Source: Candidatus Uhrbacteria bacterium
GTDB taxonomy: Bacteria; Patescibacteriota; Patescibacteriia; UBA9934; GWF2-40-263
DNA: 64,000 nucleotides
Assembly: GCA_016219925.1 (NCBI GenBank)
Contig: JACRJU010000013.1
Location: forward strand, 180,472-244,471
Reading direction: 5' to 3'
Below, piece by piece: positions 18,343 through 28,872 of the stretch. The notes beneath the pieces were generated by a model, which searched no databases, was not told where the DNA came from, and saw nothing but the letters and a program-made list of their open reading frames with translations. The translations under genes were made by a program, and so were the position numbers. The stretch's first letter is position 1. Each line of letters begins with the position of its first letter.

Positions 18343-21309
18343 ATGGATACAGCGCTTCTTGATCAACTCAATGACGAACAAAAAAAGGCCGTCACGCACA
18401 AGGAGGGCCCGCTTTTGATTGTGGCTGGAGCCGGAACAGGGAAGACGACAGTCATTACCAAGCGCATCGCCTGGTTGATTGACCAAGGTCTTGCCAAGCC
18501 CGAAGAAATTCTCGCGCTGACCTTTACCGATAAGGCGGCTGGCGAAATGGAAGAACGGGTCGATCTGTTGTTGCCTTATGGTTATGTTGATCTTCAGATT
18601 TCGACATTCCATGCTTTTTGCGAGCGACTCCTGCGTGACTTTGGAACGCAAATCGGACTCTCGCACCAATTTGAAGTGTTGGATGAACTGGAAACCTGGT
18701 TGCTCGCTCGTCAAAAACTGGATCGTTTTGATCTTGATTATTACCGGCCGCTCGGCAATCCCACAAAATATCTTCGCGGTTTGCTTGCGCATTTTTCTCG
18801 AGCAAAAGATCATCACATCACCCCGGAAACGTATTTGGCTTTTGCCGAGTCGCTTCAGGCAGATGCCGACCATTTCCAAGCGGATGGCTCGTCTGACATG
18901 GAAGCCCAGCGGATTTTTGAATTGGCCACAGCATATCAAACATACCAACAGGTGCTCCTTGAACAAGACGCGCTCGATTTTGGTGACCTCCTGCTCTATA
19001 CCCTCAAGCTTTTACAGGAGCGTCCGAATGTTTTGCAACAGCTTCGGGCGCGCTATCGATTTATTTTGGTTGATGAGTTTCAAGACACCAACCCCGCGCA
19101 GTATGAACTCGTTCGCCTCTTAAGCGAGCCGCGAAACAATCTCACGGTTGTGGGCGATGATGATCAGGCCATTTATAAATTCCGCGGAGCATCCATTGAA
19201 AACATTTTGCGATTTGAGTCCGATTATCCAAAAGCGGCGCGTGTCGTCCTCACGCAAAATTACCGAAGCGTGCAGGCGATTTTGGATCGAGCGCACACGT
19301 TTATCCAAATGAACAATCCGGATCGGTTGGAAGCGCGCTCCGGCGGCTCGCTGTCCAAGCGATTGGTTTCCAATCAGCCGGGCGCTGGTCTCATCGAGCA
19401 TCTGCATTTTGCCACGAGTGAGGAAGAAGTCCGTGAGGTCATCAAAAAAATTCTCGCGCTCAAAGCCGCTGATCCAGAAACGCTCTGGAGCGATATTGCC
19501 GTTTTGGTTCGGTCTAACGGAGCGGGCGCGGATTTTGCCCATGGGTTCGAACGTTCAGGGATTCCGTTTCAATTTCTCGCGTTGTCTGGATTATATCGCA
19601 AGCCATCCGTGGTCGATCTAATGTCACTTCTTCGGGTGATCGATCAGCCGCACGATAGTCCGAGTCTGTATCGGGTGCTGTTCTTGCCGATGTGGAACAT
19701 CCCTGCCGAAGTCCTCATCGAACTCAGTCGTTTGGCCACACGCAAAGGAAAGAGTCTCTTTGAAACGATAGCTCTTGCCGGGACGCTTGGCGCTCTTCCT
19801 CTCGAGCCCATCGTTCGACTTCGAGAAATCTCGCATCTGCTCCTGGAACTTTCCAATGAAGCCAAAACCAAAACGGCTTCGGAACTTTTTGTGCGAGCGT
19901 TGAAACAGACGAAGTATATTGACGTCATTACCACTCTTGATGATCAGAAGAAAAAAGAAATTTTCGGGTACTTGCAACAGATGCTTGAGCGGGTCAAGTC
20001 GTTTGAAAAACGAAGCCCCTTGCCGTCGCTTCATGAATTTCTCGCGGAGTTTCGTCATGAACAAGACGCCGGCGAAGAGGGTTCGCTTTCTGTAGACATA
20101 GAAGCGGGACCGGACGTGGTGCGCCTGATGACCGTGCATGCCGCCAAAGGACTTGAGTTCAAGTATGTCTTTGTTGTGAATCTCGTTGATCGCCGTTTTC
20201 CCACTCAACGACGATCCGATGCCATCGCTCTTCCGTCAGAACTTTTGTCTCCAAAAGACGCAGAGGTAGATGAAGCCGCGTTTCATTTGCAGGAAGAGCG
20301 TCGGTTGTTCTATGTCGCAATGACGCGCGCAAAAGTGGGATTATTTTTCACCTCAGCCGAGGACTATGGAGGCGCCCGATCACGCAAGCTTTCCCGATTT
20401 TTGATTGAACTCGGATACGAAAAGCCGTCGACAACCGAAGAGACTCTCATCGTATTGATTGATGATGAGCGTGAACGCGCCGAGACCTCCACGCAAGATT
20501 TGAGCGCCTATGTGCCCAAGCAATTTTCCTTTACTCAACTGGCGGCTTTTCAAACTTGCCCTTTGCAATATAAGTTCGCCCATCTTTTACGCGTGCCCGT
20601 GCTGGGACGTTGGTCGCTTTCGTTTGGTAAGACCATGCACAATACTCTGCACCGGTATTTTACCGCTTGGATGGAACGCACGGGCAAACGACAAGTTGGA
20701 CTGTTTGATGGCGTCCGGGTAAAGACACCCAGCGACAACGGTTCGCAAGCATTGCCGGTTTCTCTTGAAGAGTTGTTAGAGATGTACCGGGCTTGTTGGA
20801 TTGACGAGTGGTATCCCACGGATGAGGCGCGCGAAGAATATCGCAAACGGGGAAAGGAACAATTGACGCGCTATGCTAAATCTTTTGAAGATGAGCGACC
20901 CGTTCCTGTGGCGCTTGAACAAGGATATACTTATAAGATTGGTGACGTAATTTTGAAGGGGCGGATTGATCGCATTGACGCTTTTGAAGATGGGGTGGAG
21001 ATCATCGATTACAAAACCGGCACACCAAAAGTTCTTAAACAGCTCGAGCGCGAGGACAAAGAGCAACTGTGGTTGTATCAACTCGCGGTTCGCGATGTGT
21101 TGAAACTTTATCCAAAGAAGTTGACGTTCGTTTATCTTGAAGATCAATCGCGCGTTTCGTTTCTGGGGAGCGATGAGGATCTTTTGCGTCTTCAGGAAGA
21201 GGTTGTCGAACGCGTAAAACGTATTCGTGAGAGTGATTTTCCTCCCAATCCGGGTCGGCATTGTCGTTACTGTGACTTCGCTGACATTTGTGAGTATCGA
21301 GAGCTGTAG
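18343..21309 (+). CDS. UvrD/PcrA-family helicase fused to a C-terminal Cas4/AddB-like PD-(D/E)xK nuclease with a Cys cluster
   Basis: Walker A AGAGTGKTT and UvrD motifs. The C-terminal IDYKTG...QLWLYQ and CRYCDFADICEY resemble the RecB-nuclease Fe-S motif. The promoter TTGTCA, 17 nt, TATACT ends 10 nt before the ATG, so the transcript is near-leaderless. Confidence 0.85.
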   Translation: MDTALLDQLNDEQKKAVTHKEGPLLIVAGAGTGKTTVITKRIAWLIDQGLAKPEEILALTFTDKAAGEMEERVDLLLPYGYVDLQISTFHAFCERLLRDFGTQIGLSHQFEVLDELETWLLARQKLDRFDLDYYRPLGNPTKYLRGLLAHFSRAKDHHITPETYLAFAESLQADADHFQADGSSDMEAQRIFELATAYQTYQQVLLEQDALDFGDLLLYTLKLLQERPNVLQQLRARYRFILVDEFQDTNPAQYELVRLLSEPRNNLTVVGDDDQAIYKFRGASIENILRFESDYPKAARVVLTQNYRSVQAILDRAHTFIQMNNPDRLEARSGGSLSKRLVSNQPGAGLIEHLHFATSEEEVREVIKKILALKAADPETLWSDIAVLVRSNGAGADFAHGFERSGIPFQFLALSGLYRKPSVVDLMSLLRVIDQPHDSPSLYRVLFLPMWNIPAEVLIELSRLATRKGKSLFETIALAGTLGALPLEPIVRLREISHLLLELSNEAKTKTASELFVRALKQTKYIDVITTLDDQKKKEIFGYLQQMLERVKSFEKRSPLPSLHEFLAEFRHEQDAGEEGSLSVDIEAGPDVVRLMTVHAAKGLEFKYVFVVNLVDRRFPTQRRSDAIALPSELLSPKDAEVDEAAFHLQEERRLFYVAMTRAKVGLFFTSAEDYGGARSRKLSRFLIELGYEKPSTTEETLIVLIDDERERAETSTQDLSAYVPKQFSFTQLAAFQTCPLQYKFAHLLRVPVLGRWSLSFGKTMHNTLHRYFTAWMERTGKRQVGLFDGVRVKTPSDNGSQALPVSLEELLEMYRACWIDEWYPTDEAREEYRKRGKEQLTRYAKSFEDERPVPVALEQGYTYKIGDVILKGRIDRIDAFEDGVEIIDYKTGTPKVLKQLEREDKEQLWLYQLAVRDVLKLYPKKLTFVYLEDQSRVSFLGSDEDLLRLQEEVVERVKRIRESDFPPNPGRHCRYCDFADICEYREL

Positions 21310-21354
21310 TAGAATAAGGAGAAAGAAGTAAGAAGAAAGAAATAGTCTGGATAT

Positions 21355-21669
21355 ATGCTCCAACTTAAAGATCTCCTCACAGGGGCGCTTAAGCGCGCGC
21401 ATGTTTCGACTCAAGTAACGGCCACGCAAATCGTCTCCGTCGCCAATGAGTTTCTTGGAGTCTTGCTTGGCATGGAATCAAAAGAGGCTCGTGTGGTTTC
21501 CTTTCGCAATGGAACACTCACCATTGAGATGCGCCGTTCATCGACAAGTCAATTCCTTAAAGAACACGAGGAGGTCTTGTTAGATGAGTTGCGCCTGCGT
21601 CTACCGTCTCAAAAAATCGCTTCCGTGCGATATCATCTTGTTCACCACTTCCGTCGATCAGAACTGTAG
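21355..21669 (+). CDS. Small hypothetical protein, possibly DUF721/DciA-like
   Basis: A 104-aa protein. The pattern NGTLTIEMRRSSTSQFLKEHEEVLLDEL resembles DUF721. Weak call. Confidence 0.35.
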   Translation: MLQLKDLLTGALKRAHVSTQVTATQIVSVANEFLGVLLGMESKEARVVSFRNGTLTIEMRRSSTSQFLKEHEEVLLDELRLRLPSQKIASVRYHLVHHFRRSEL

Positions 21670-21679
21670 ATTTTCCTTT

Positions 21680-22075
21680 ATGAGTTTTCGTTGGTTCCTT
21701 CTTGTTATGGCTCTGGCCACTTGTGCCGCGTGGATCGGCTGGGTGTTTGTTGTTCATAGTGTTGACCCAACCCATGCCGGGCTTCTGGGATTCCTTCTTT
21801 TTTATCTGACTTTGCTTGTGGCTGTTCTCGGTTCAACCGTTTTTTTCGGGGCGCTTATTCGCGTATGGATGAAACCGCAAGAAATCCCTTATCGGCAAAC
21901 CGTGCGCGCCCTTCGGCAAGGTGTTCTTCTTACTTTTCTTTTTCTTTCCGTTCTTATCTTGATCTCTTTTGAACTATTGAGATGGTGGACAGGGGGGTTG
22001 TTAATTCTGCTCTGTGCCCTCATTGAGCTTCTCTTTTTGACAAAACATGGCCGTAACGGCTCTACACCCTCTTGA
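21680..22075 (+). CDS. Hypothetical membrane protein
   Basis: Four predicted transmembrane segments. Start moved to the ATG at 21680 to avoid an out-of-frame overlap. Confidence 0.4.
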   Translation: MSFRWFLLVMALATCAAWIGWVFVVHSVDPTHAGLLGFLLFYLTLLVAVLGSTVFFGALIRVWMKPQEIPYRQTVRALRQGVLLTFLFLSVLILISFELLRWWTGGLLILLCALIELLFLTKHGRNGSTPS

Positions 22076-22137
22076 GCACAAAAACGGTTCAAATAACGTC
22101 TTGATGGATGTTTTGGCATCCAGTAGAATCAAGGCGT

Positions 22138-23190
22138 ATGTTGAATAAATTGCTCGGTAGATTTTCAAAGGATTTGGGGATAGATTTGGGGACTTCAAAT
22201 ACATTGGTCTATTCAAAGGACGGCGGCATTGTGGTTAACGAACCTTCTATCGTCGCAATCAACACCCGAACAGATCAAATTTTAGCGGTGGGGAAGGACG
22301 CTAAGGATATGCTCGGAAAAAATCCGCCGCATATCCAAATGACGAAGCCTTTGAGTAAAGGGGTCATTTCCGATTTTGAGGTTACGGAAAAGATGCTAAA
22401 GCATTTTATTGATCGCGTTCATGCGGAATCATTCACCATTGTTCCGCGGCCACGCGTGGTGATTGGGGTACCACTTGAGACGACAGAGGTTGAACGAAAA
22501 GCGATAGAAGACGCGGCTCTTTCTGCTGGAGCGCGCCAGGTTTATCTTGTGGAAAATCCTATGCTTGCGGCCTTGGGAGCTCGTCTTCCTCTTTCTGAAT
22601 CCGTTGGGATGATGGTGGTGGATCTCGGAGGTGGCACAACGGAAATTGCCGTGATGTCTTTGGCAGGAATTGTGACATGGAAGTCACTTGATGTCGCAGG
22701 TGATGAATTGAACAAAAATATTATTCAGTATGCGCGTGAGGTTTTTAATCTTCTGTTAGGTGAGCGTGTTGCAGAGCGGGTGAAGATGCGTATCGGAACA
22801 GCGATGGAACCGGATGACGCTCTTGAAATGGAAATGCGCGGCCGAGATCTTCTGACAGGCTTGCCGAAGGAAATTACGGTAACGGACGGGCAGATTCGTG
22901 AGGCCATGGAAAAATCTATTCGTACGATCATTGAGAATATTAAAGCCACGCTTGAAATCACACCTCCGGAGCTCGTTGCGGATATTTATGAACGAGGCAT
23001 CGTATTAACCGGCGGCGGAGCTCTCTTGCGAGGATTGGATAAGCTCGTTTCAAGACAAGCAGCCATTCCCGTGCGCATTGCGGATGATCCTTTGACCTGC
23101 GTGGTGCGCGGAGCGGGTTTTCTGCTTGATCATGATGACCTCTTAAAAGATATTTCTCTCCCTTCTGCGACGGAGGGACATATTTTCTAA
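22138..23190 (+). CDS. mreB: Rod shape-determining protein MreB
   Basis: The actin-fold N-terminus GIDLGTSNTLVY and global MreB similarity. Confidence 0.9.
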   Translation: MLNKLLGRFSKDLGIDLGTSNTLVYSKDGGIVVNEPSIVAINTRTDQILAVGKDAKDMLGKNPPHIQMTKPLSKGVISDFEVTEKMLKHFIDRVHAESFTIVPRPRVVIGVPLETTEVERKAIEDAALSAGARQVYLVENPMLAALGARLPLSESVGMMVVDLGGGTTEIAVMSLAGIVTWKSLDVAGDELNKNIIQYAREVFNLLLGERVAERVKMRIGTAMEPDDALEMEMRGRDLLTGLPKEITVTDGQIREAMEKSIRTIIENIKATLEITPPELVADIYERGIVLTGGGALLRGLDKLVSRQAAIPVRIADDPLTCVVRGAGFLLDHDDLLKDISLPSATEGHIF

Positions 23191-23199
23191 TCTGTTCCT

Positions 23200-23994
23200 A
23201 TGGCCGTACGATCACGTCCCGGATCGCGTCTCTTTTTTCTCTTGGGTATTGTGATGATTGGTCTGGCTGTCTTTTTGGGTCGGCCATGGATTGAGCGGTC
23301 TCTTCAGTTTGTTGAGCGTCCGGCTGTGGGGGTGGGAACGTGGCTTTATCGGAACATGGTATTTTTTAAAGGATCGTCAGCTTCACCAGAAGAGGTTCAA
23401 AATCTGAAAGATCAAGTGCTTTCTTTAGCAGTGGATCAAGTTTTGCTTGACCGTTTAAAAAAAGAAAACAAGGAATTAAAAACGGCGGTGGATTTTGAAA
23501 AAAGGTCACAGCGATCTACGATTACGGCCTCTGTTATCTTGCGTTCAAGCACGGTTAAATCCGCACTTTTTGTCGTGGATCGGGGCGCGCGTGATGGCAT
23601 TCATGTCGAAGATCCGGTCATCGTAGGCGACGGGGTGTTGGTGGGGAAGGTGAGTGCTCTCACGCCAACCACAGCAACGATTACGGCTTTAACTGATCCT
23701 GGTTCTGCCACGGCTGTGAGTATTCTGAACCAAAATCAAACCATTGGGATTGCCGAAGGGATTACCGGAAATCTGTTGCGTCTAAAATTTATTCCTCAAG
23801 GAACGGACGTTGCGGTGAATCAACTCGTCACCACGTCCGGTTTGGAATCTCGAATTCCATCTGGTCTTCTGGTCGGTTTGGTCAATGATGTGAAGTCGGA
23901 ACAAAACGCGCCCTTTTTGGAAGCGATCGTTGAGCCGCTTATTGACGTGAGAACGTATGAGATTGTTCAGGTGATTACGGGTCCATCTCTATGA
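23200..23994 (+). CDS. mreC: Rod shape-determining protein MreC
   Basis: Transmembrane anchor, a coiled-coil (LKKENKELK) and a beta-rich C-terminus. Positioned after mreB. Confidence 0.8.
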   Translation: MAVRSRPGSRLFFLLGIVMIGLAVFLGRPWIERSLQFVERPAVGVGTWLYRNMVFFKGSSASPEEVQNLKDQVLSLAVDQVLLDRLKKENKELKTAVDFEKRSQRSTITASVILRSSTVKSALFVVDRGARDGIHVEDPVIVGDGVLVGKVSALTPTTATITALTDPGSATAVSILNQNQTIGIAEGITGNLLRLKFIPQGTDVAVNQLVTTSGLESRIPSGLLVGLVNDVKSEQNAPFLEAIVEPLIDVRTYEIVQVITGPSL

Positions 23995-24497
23995 TGCGCG
24001 TGTTGATTTCCGGATTCTTTTTTCTCGCGGTTGTCCTTTTTGAGACGAGCTTTCTCTCTTCTGTCCCATCCGTTTTGGCCATGACCCCGCTTGTTTTTGC
24101 GTTGAGCGTTTATCTCATTCAGCATCAAAACCGTCTGGATGGAGTGTTTTGGTTGATAGGATACGGCATTTTTTTGGAAGCTTTTCATCTCTCTGTAATT
24201 CCTCTTCCGTTTTTGCCCTACGCGTTTGCGGCCACGGCGAGCTTTATCAGTGCGCGTCAGGTGTTTTCAAACCGATCTTTGTATGGGATCGCCGGATGTG
24301 CGCTGACAGGGTGGGCTACGGCCGCATTCGGTGAGGCTTTGATCAAGATGGGTGCGTCACTTGCGGGGCACAGTGTTCCGAACTGGGGGATGTGGTTGCA
24401 GACGATAAGTTTGCGCGCGCTCTTGCTCATCGGCGCGATTTATATCATTTTTTATGTAGCAAGACCTTTCCAGCATGTCTGGGGGTCGCGTCTCTGA
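23991..24497 (+). CDS. mreD: Rod shape-determining protein MreD-like membrane protein
   Basis: Polytopic, and overlaps the mreC stop by 4 nt. Confidence 0.6.
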   Translation: MMRVLISGFFFLAVVLFETSFLSSVPSVLAMTPLVFALSVYLIQHQNRLDGVFWLIGYGIFLEAFHLSVIPLPFLPYAFAATASFISARQVFSNRSLYGIAGCALTGWATAAFGEALIKMGASLAGHSVPNWGMWLQTISLRALLLIGAIYIIFYVARPFQHVWGSRL

Positions 24498-24499
24498 GC

Positions 24500-26440
24500 A
24501 TGTTTTTTAGAAAGAAGCCTTCTCGTGTTTTCGTGATTCAATCCGACCATCTCCTCGGAAAAGTTTCGAATGAGCGAGAACGAGAAGATCTTGAATACGC
24601 GATTGGGAATGAACCGTTCGGAGAGCATCTATCCAATCGCTCTCAAATGGGATCGGCGATTCCGGCAAAGCGACGGCGGTTCGCTGTGGCCATGCTTGGA
24701 TTTACTCTGTTGCTTTTTTTGGGTCGATCCGTCGAGCTCCAGCTGTTTGAGGGGAATCACTATCGAGCACTCGCGCAGGCGAATCGCTATCGCGTCACGC
24801 GGGTGTTACCCCAGCGTGGTTTAATTTATGATCGGGAGGGGGCCATCTTAGCTCAAAATATTCCGTCTTTTGTCCTTACGATGACGATTGCGGATCTGCC
24901 GCGGACTTTGTCGGAACGTCGAAAAGAATTTGCTATCATCAGTGACCTTGCGGGATTGCAACCAACGGATCTTGATTTATTGTTGACCAGTTATGCTTCT
25001 TCGCCTTATGACGCCATTCCCGTCAAACGCAATATTCCGTTTGAACGCGCCATGCATCTTTCCATCGAGACGAAACATCTGCCGGGGTTTGCTCTTGAAG
25101 CTGGGACGCTTCGCTCCTACCCATCGAACATTTCTTCGCTCTCGCACATCCTTGGATATATTGGAAAAATATCTCCGGATGAATTAGAAAATTTGAAAGG
25201 TCAAGGCTATCGTCCGATTGATACGATTGGCAAGATTGGAGTCGAACAAACCGCCGAGCAGACGCTTCGCGGGACGCCTGGTGAAATGGTAGCCGAAGTT
25301 GATGCTCAAGGTCGCGAAACCTCCGTGGTTTCAAAAACAGATCCCGTGGCCGGGATAGACATTCATCTTACGATCGATGCGCCATTTCAACAGTTCATTG
25401 AACAGCAGTTGCAAGATGTCTTTCATCGAACACAAACCTCACGCGGATCTGTCGTCGCACTGAATCCAAAAACAGGTGAGATCTTTGCCTTGGTAAGTTT
25501 GCCTGCTTTCGACAACAATGCTTTTTCTGCTGGCATTGATGAGGAAAGTCTCAACGCATTGATACAAGACAAAAATCAGCCTCTCTTTTTTCGTGCCATC
25601 GCAGGTGGGTTTCCATCGGGCTCTATTTTTAAACCGTTCGTAGCTTACGCGGCCCTCGCCGAACAGGTTGTTACAAAGCATACGTCTTTTTTGTCGACCG
25701 GTGGTTTGCGAATCAATGATTGGTTTTTCCCGGACTGGAAAGCAGGCGGCCACGGGGTGACAGACATCTATAAAGCCATTTCTGAATCGGTCAACACCTA
25801 CTTTTATATTGTCGGAGGCGGTTTTGATCAATTTAATGGTTTGGGCGTGAAACGAATCACCGATTACGCCTCGTTGTTTGGATTTGGAAAACCAACGGGC
25901 GTTGATCTCCCCGGAGAAGCATCAGGATTTTTGCCGTCAAAAGAGTGGAAGGAGCAAACCAAAGATGAGCGGTGGTATGTGGGTGACACCTATCACCTTG
26001 CCATTGGACAAGGTGACTTTTTGACGACGCCGCTTCAGATGGCTCGTGCCACTGGAATCATTGCAAACAAAGGGGTTGTCGTGACTCCGCATGTAGTTAA
26101 AGGCGTGCAGTTCGTGGGCGAACCCATCCCGAATTTGGACCCTTCGGCTCTGAACATTGTCCGTCAGGCCATGAGGCTGACCGTGACTCAAGGAAGCGGG
26201 CGCGCTCTTTCTTCGCTCCCTTTTTCCGTTGCGGGCAAAACAGGAACCGCCCAGGCGCCAGGCTCTGAGCGGTTTCATTCTTGGTTTACAGGATTTGCTC
26301 CGTTTGATGATCCAGAAATTGTCGTTGCCGTGCTCGTTGAAGAGGGAGGGGAAAGCACCGCGGCGGCCGTTCCCATTGCTCGAAATATTTTGAGCTGGTG
26401 GATGAGTCGCTCAGATGATTTGTTAAGGTCGTTGCAGTAA
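24500..26440 (+). CDS. mrdA: Penicillin-binding protein 2 (peptidoglycan D,D-transpeptidase)
   Basis: SXXK motif (SIFK), the SxN region and KTGTA. Follows mreBCD. Confidence 0.85.
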   Translation: MFFRKKPSRVFVIQSDHLLGKVSNEREREDLEYAIGNEPFGEHLSNRSQMGSAIPAKRRRFAVAMLGFTLLLFLGRSVELQLFEGNHYRALAQANRYRVTRVLPQRGLIYDREGAILAQNIPSFVLTMTIADLPRTLSERRKEFAIISDLAGLQPTDLDLLLTSYASSPYDAIPVKRNIPFERAMHLSIETKHLPGFALEAGTLRSYPSNISSLSHILGYIGKISPDELENLKGQGYRPIDTIGKIGVEQTAEQTLRGTPGEMVAEVDAQGRETSVVSKTDPVAGIDIHLTIDAPFQQFIEQQLQDVFHRTQTSRGSVVALNPKTGEIFALVSLPAFDNNAFSAGIDEESLNALIQDKNQPLFFRAIAGGFPSGSIFKPFVAYAALAEQVVTKHTSFLSTGGLRINDWFFPDWKAGGHGVTDIYKAISESVNTYFYIVGGGFDQFNGLGVKRITDYASLFGFGKPTGVDLPGEASGFLPSKEWKEQTKDERWYVGDTYHLAIGQGDFLTTPLQMARATGIIANKGVVVTPHVVKGVQFVGEPIPNLDPSALNIVRQAMRLTVTQGSGRALSSLPFSVAGKTGTAQAPGSERFHSWFTGFAPFDDPEIVVAVLVEEGGESTAAAVPIARNILSWWMSRSDDLLRSLQ

Positions 26441-27286
26441 TTTTTTTCCGGCCACCAGAAAAAAGATGATCGCCCCCAGTAAAACAATTGTCGCTCCAGA
26501 TGGAGTGTTGAGATAAAAAGAAAAGGCGAGTCCGAAAAAGATAATCAATTCAGAGAAAACGACGGACCAGATCATGTGAGAACGAAAGTTTTCTGCAAAG
26601 ATGCGACTCGTGGCAGCGGGAATAATCAATAAAGCAGAGATCAGGATGATGCCAAGAATTTTGACGCCAAGCACGGTGGCCAGAGCGAGCGCGATGTAGA
26701 AAAGCACGGTTTGCAGAGCAACCGGAACTCCAGCCACCGTCGCTTGTTCTTCACTCAAAGAAAGCAGGGTGAGTTGTCGGTGTGAGAAAAAGAGCCACGT
26801 GAGAATAACAAGGGAGCATCCGATGATGATGAAAAGATCAAAATAAGAAACACTTAAAATACTGCCAAACAAAAAGGATATCAGTTCAGGTTGATAGCCG
26901 TGGGTCATGTTCATTATCACGACCCCGAGCGCCATGGAAGAGGTAAAGAGAATTCCAAGAACAGAGTCGGCCGACAAACGAGTTCGGCGTTCCAAAAAGA
27001 AAATGAGGAGGGCAAGGATGACCGCCCAACCCATAGCAACAGGAAGTGGAGAGAGACCGGCAAAAACTGCAAGCGCGATTCCGGCAAGAGATCCGTGGGC
27101 GATTCCTTCTCCAAAAAAGGCCATATTGCGCAAGGTTACGAAAACGCCCAGGCTCGCGAGGAGCACGCCTAAAAAGAGTCCCGCAAGGGTTGCGCGTTGC
27201 ATGAATCCGAACGCAAGAAAGCTTAGAGGTTCCATACTAGAGGTGTGGGTGTTGATGGCGATAGAGTTCCATATCATTATGACCAT
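26423..27286 (-). CDS. znuB: Metal ABC transporter permease (ABC-3 / ZnuB-like)
   Basis: Polytopic ABC-3 family member adjacent to the ATPase and substrate-binding genes. Confidence 0.75.
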   Translation of the reverse strand: MVIMIWNSIAINTHTSSMEPLSFLAFGFMQRATLAGLFLGVLLASLGVFVTLRNMAFFGEGIAHGSLAGIALAVFAGLSPLPVAMGWAVILALLIFFLERRTRLSADSVLGILFTSSMALGVVIMNMTHGYQPELISFLFGSILSVSYFDLFIIIGCSLVILTWLFFSHRQLTLLSLSEEQATVAGVPVALQTVLFYIALALATVLGVKILGIILISALLIIPAATSRIFAENFRSHMIWSVVFSELIIFFGLAFSFYLNTPSGATIVLLGAIIFFLVAGKKLLQRP

Positions 27287-27950
27287 AAAGCTCCGAAAGG
27301 GTTTCTTGTGTCAAAGTTTCTCTGGGTGGACCGGAGCAAACCAATTTTTTATTCACGCAAATCACCTGATCCACAACTTTTGCGATGACCGCAATGTCGT
27401 GAGAGACGAGAAGAACGGTGGTGTGGTGTTCTTTGACCTGTCGTTCAATCAGTTCATAAAACTGCTTTTCTCCGACGATATCAATGCCAGTGGAAGGTTC
27501 GTCGAGAATAAGCAGAGCCGGGTGATGAAGAGTCGCGTGGGCGATGAGCACACGTTGCAGTTGTCCCCCAGAAAGAGATCCTAAACGTTTATACAAAATC
27601 GAAGCGCTTAAACCGACTTCCGTTAGTTTCGCCGTGAGTGAGGTTGGCTTTTTTCGCCGCAGAGTTAGTCCAAGGAATTCGCCGACAGAAATGGGGAAAT
27701 CTGGATCAAAGCGAAATTTTTGCGGAAGATACCCTATCTGATCGCGCATGCGCTCAAGCGGTTTGCCATCGAAGAGAACTTTCCCGTGCGCGATGGGGGT
27801 CAATCCCAGCATGGCTCGAATGAGAGTTGTTTTTCCAGAGCCGTTTGGTCCAATAATAGCCGCAATTTTTCCGAGGGTGACTTCAAACTGCACACCGGTT
27901 AAAACGGGGTGCGTGCCAAAGCGCACTTCCAGGTTCTCAACCCGGATCAT
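27237..27950 (-). CDS. znuC: Metal ABC transporter ATP-binding protein (ZnuC-like)
   Basis: Walker A GPNGSGKTT, signature LSGGQLQR and Walker B ILDEP. Start set at MIRVENL. Confidence 0.8.
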   Translation of the reverse strand: MIRVENLEVRFGTHPVLTGVQFEVTLGKIAAIIGPNGSGKTTLIRAMLGLTPIAHGKVLFDGKPLERMRDQIGYLPQKFRFDPDFPISVGEFLGLTLRRKKPTSLTAKLTEVGLSASILYKRLGSLSGGQLQRVLIAHATLHHPALLILDEPSTGIDIVGEKQFYELIERQVKEHHTTVLLVSHDIAVIAKVVDQVICVNKKLVCSGPPRETLTQETLSELYGHNDMELYRHQHPHL

Positions 27951-27960
27951 GGGCTCGTGA

Positions 27961-28872
27961 CTAGAGGTTTTCGGAGAGGATGCGGGCATTGGCGTCCATA
28001 ATATCAATATAGGAGGTTGGGTGGCTTTCGCCTTCGGCTGGATCAAGATACTCCACGCGGGCGTGGTGGTCAGTTAAGAATCCTTTCAGAGGTTCAATCG
28101 AAAATTGTGGTTCGGCAAAAAGCACCCGAATGTTCCAGAGGTCTAACTGTTTTGAAAGTTTGGCCAAAGAGCGCGCGGTGGGTTCTCGTCCAGCGGTCGG
28201 TTCAAATGTTGCTATCAAATCAAGACCATACGCCTCACTGAAATAATACCATGCATCGTGAAATGTGATGATCTTTTTGCCCTTGAAAGGCGCGAGGCGA
28301 TTTTGCAAACGCGATTCCAGGTCTTCCAGCTTTTTCTGATAGGCTTCCGTATTTGCGATGATGTCCGTCTGTTTGTGAGGAAAGAGTTCGATCAAACGAT
28401 CAGAAACCGTTTGAGCGATAAGAGAAGCATTGGAGGCCACCAACCAATAGTGCGGATCAACCGGTCCATCATCTTCGGTATCTGCGGACGCGCGCAACTC
28501 AATATCACGATCGACGATTACGGCTTTTTTTGAATCCCCAATCAAAGAAAGCGCCCAGGTGTCTAACCCATGCCCAATGAGGAATACCGCCGGTGATCGT
28601 TCTATGGTTTTAATCGTTTCTGGACTTGGCTCAAACGTGTGAGGAGAAGAACCAGGAGGAAGAAGTGTTTGCACCTCAACCACACCAGCGCCTACCTGTG
28701 ACACGATATCCGAAAGAGCAAAGATACTGGCGCTCACAACAGGTAAAGATTCTACGCGGTCGCTGGATGTGCGAAAGTTCCATGACCCATACGCAAAAAG
28801 GAACGTTGCAACGAAGAGAGCGCCGATGAGTCCGATGATAGAAAGAAAAGGTTTCATACGCACGTCGGACAA
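27961..28872 (-). CDS. znuA: Metal ABC transporter substrate-binding protein (ZnuA/TroA family)
   Basis: Signal peptide, the HDAWYYF motif and a His-rich metal site. Confidence 0.8.
   Translation of the reverse strand: MSDVRMKPFLSIIGLIGALFVATFLFAYGSWNFRTSSDRVESLPVVSASIFALSDIVSQVGAGVVEVQTLLPPGSSPHTFEPSPETIKTIERSPAVFLIGHGLDTWALSLIGDSKKAVIVDRDIELRASADTEDDGPVDPHYWLVASNASLIAQTVSDRLIELFPHKQTDIIANTEAYQKKLEDLESRLQNRLAPFKGKKIITFHDAWYYFSEAYGLDLIATFEPTAGREPTARSLAKLSKQLDLWNIRVLFAEPQFSIEPLKGFLTDHHARVEYLDPAEGESHPTSYIDIMDANARILSENL

Noticed and set aside
18307-18966. A 219-aa minus-strand ORF, and other antisense ORFs inside the helicase gene.
   Set aside because: It is embedded antisense within a strongly supported helicase coding frame and has no conserved motifs.
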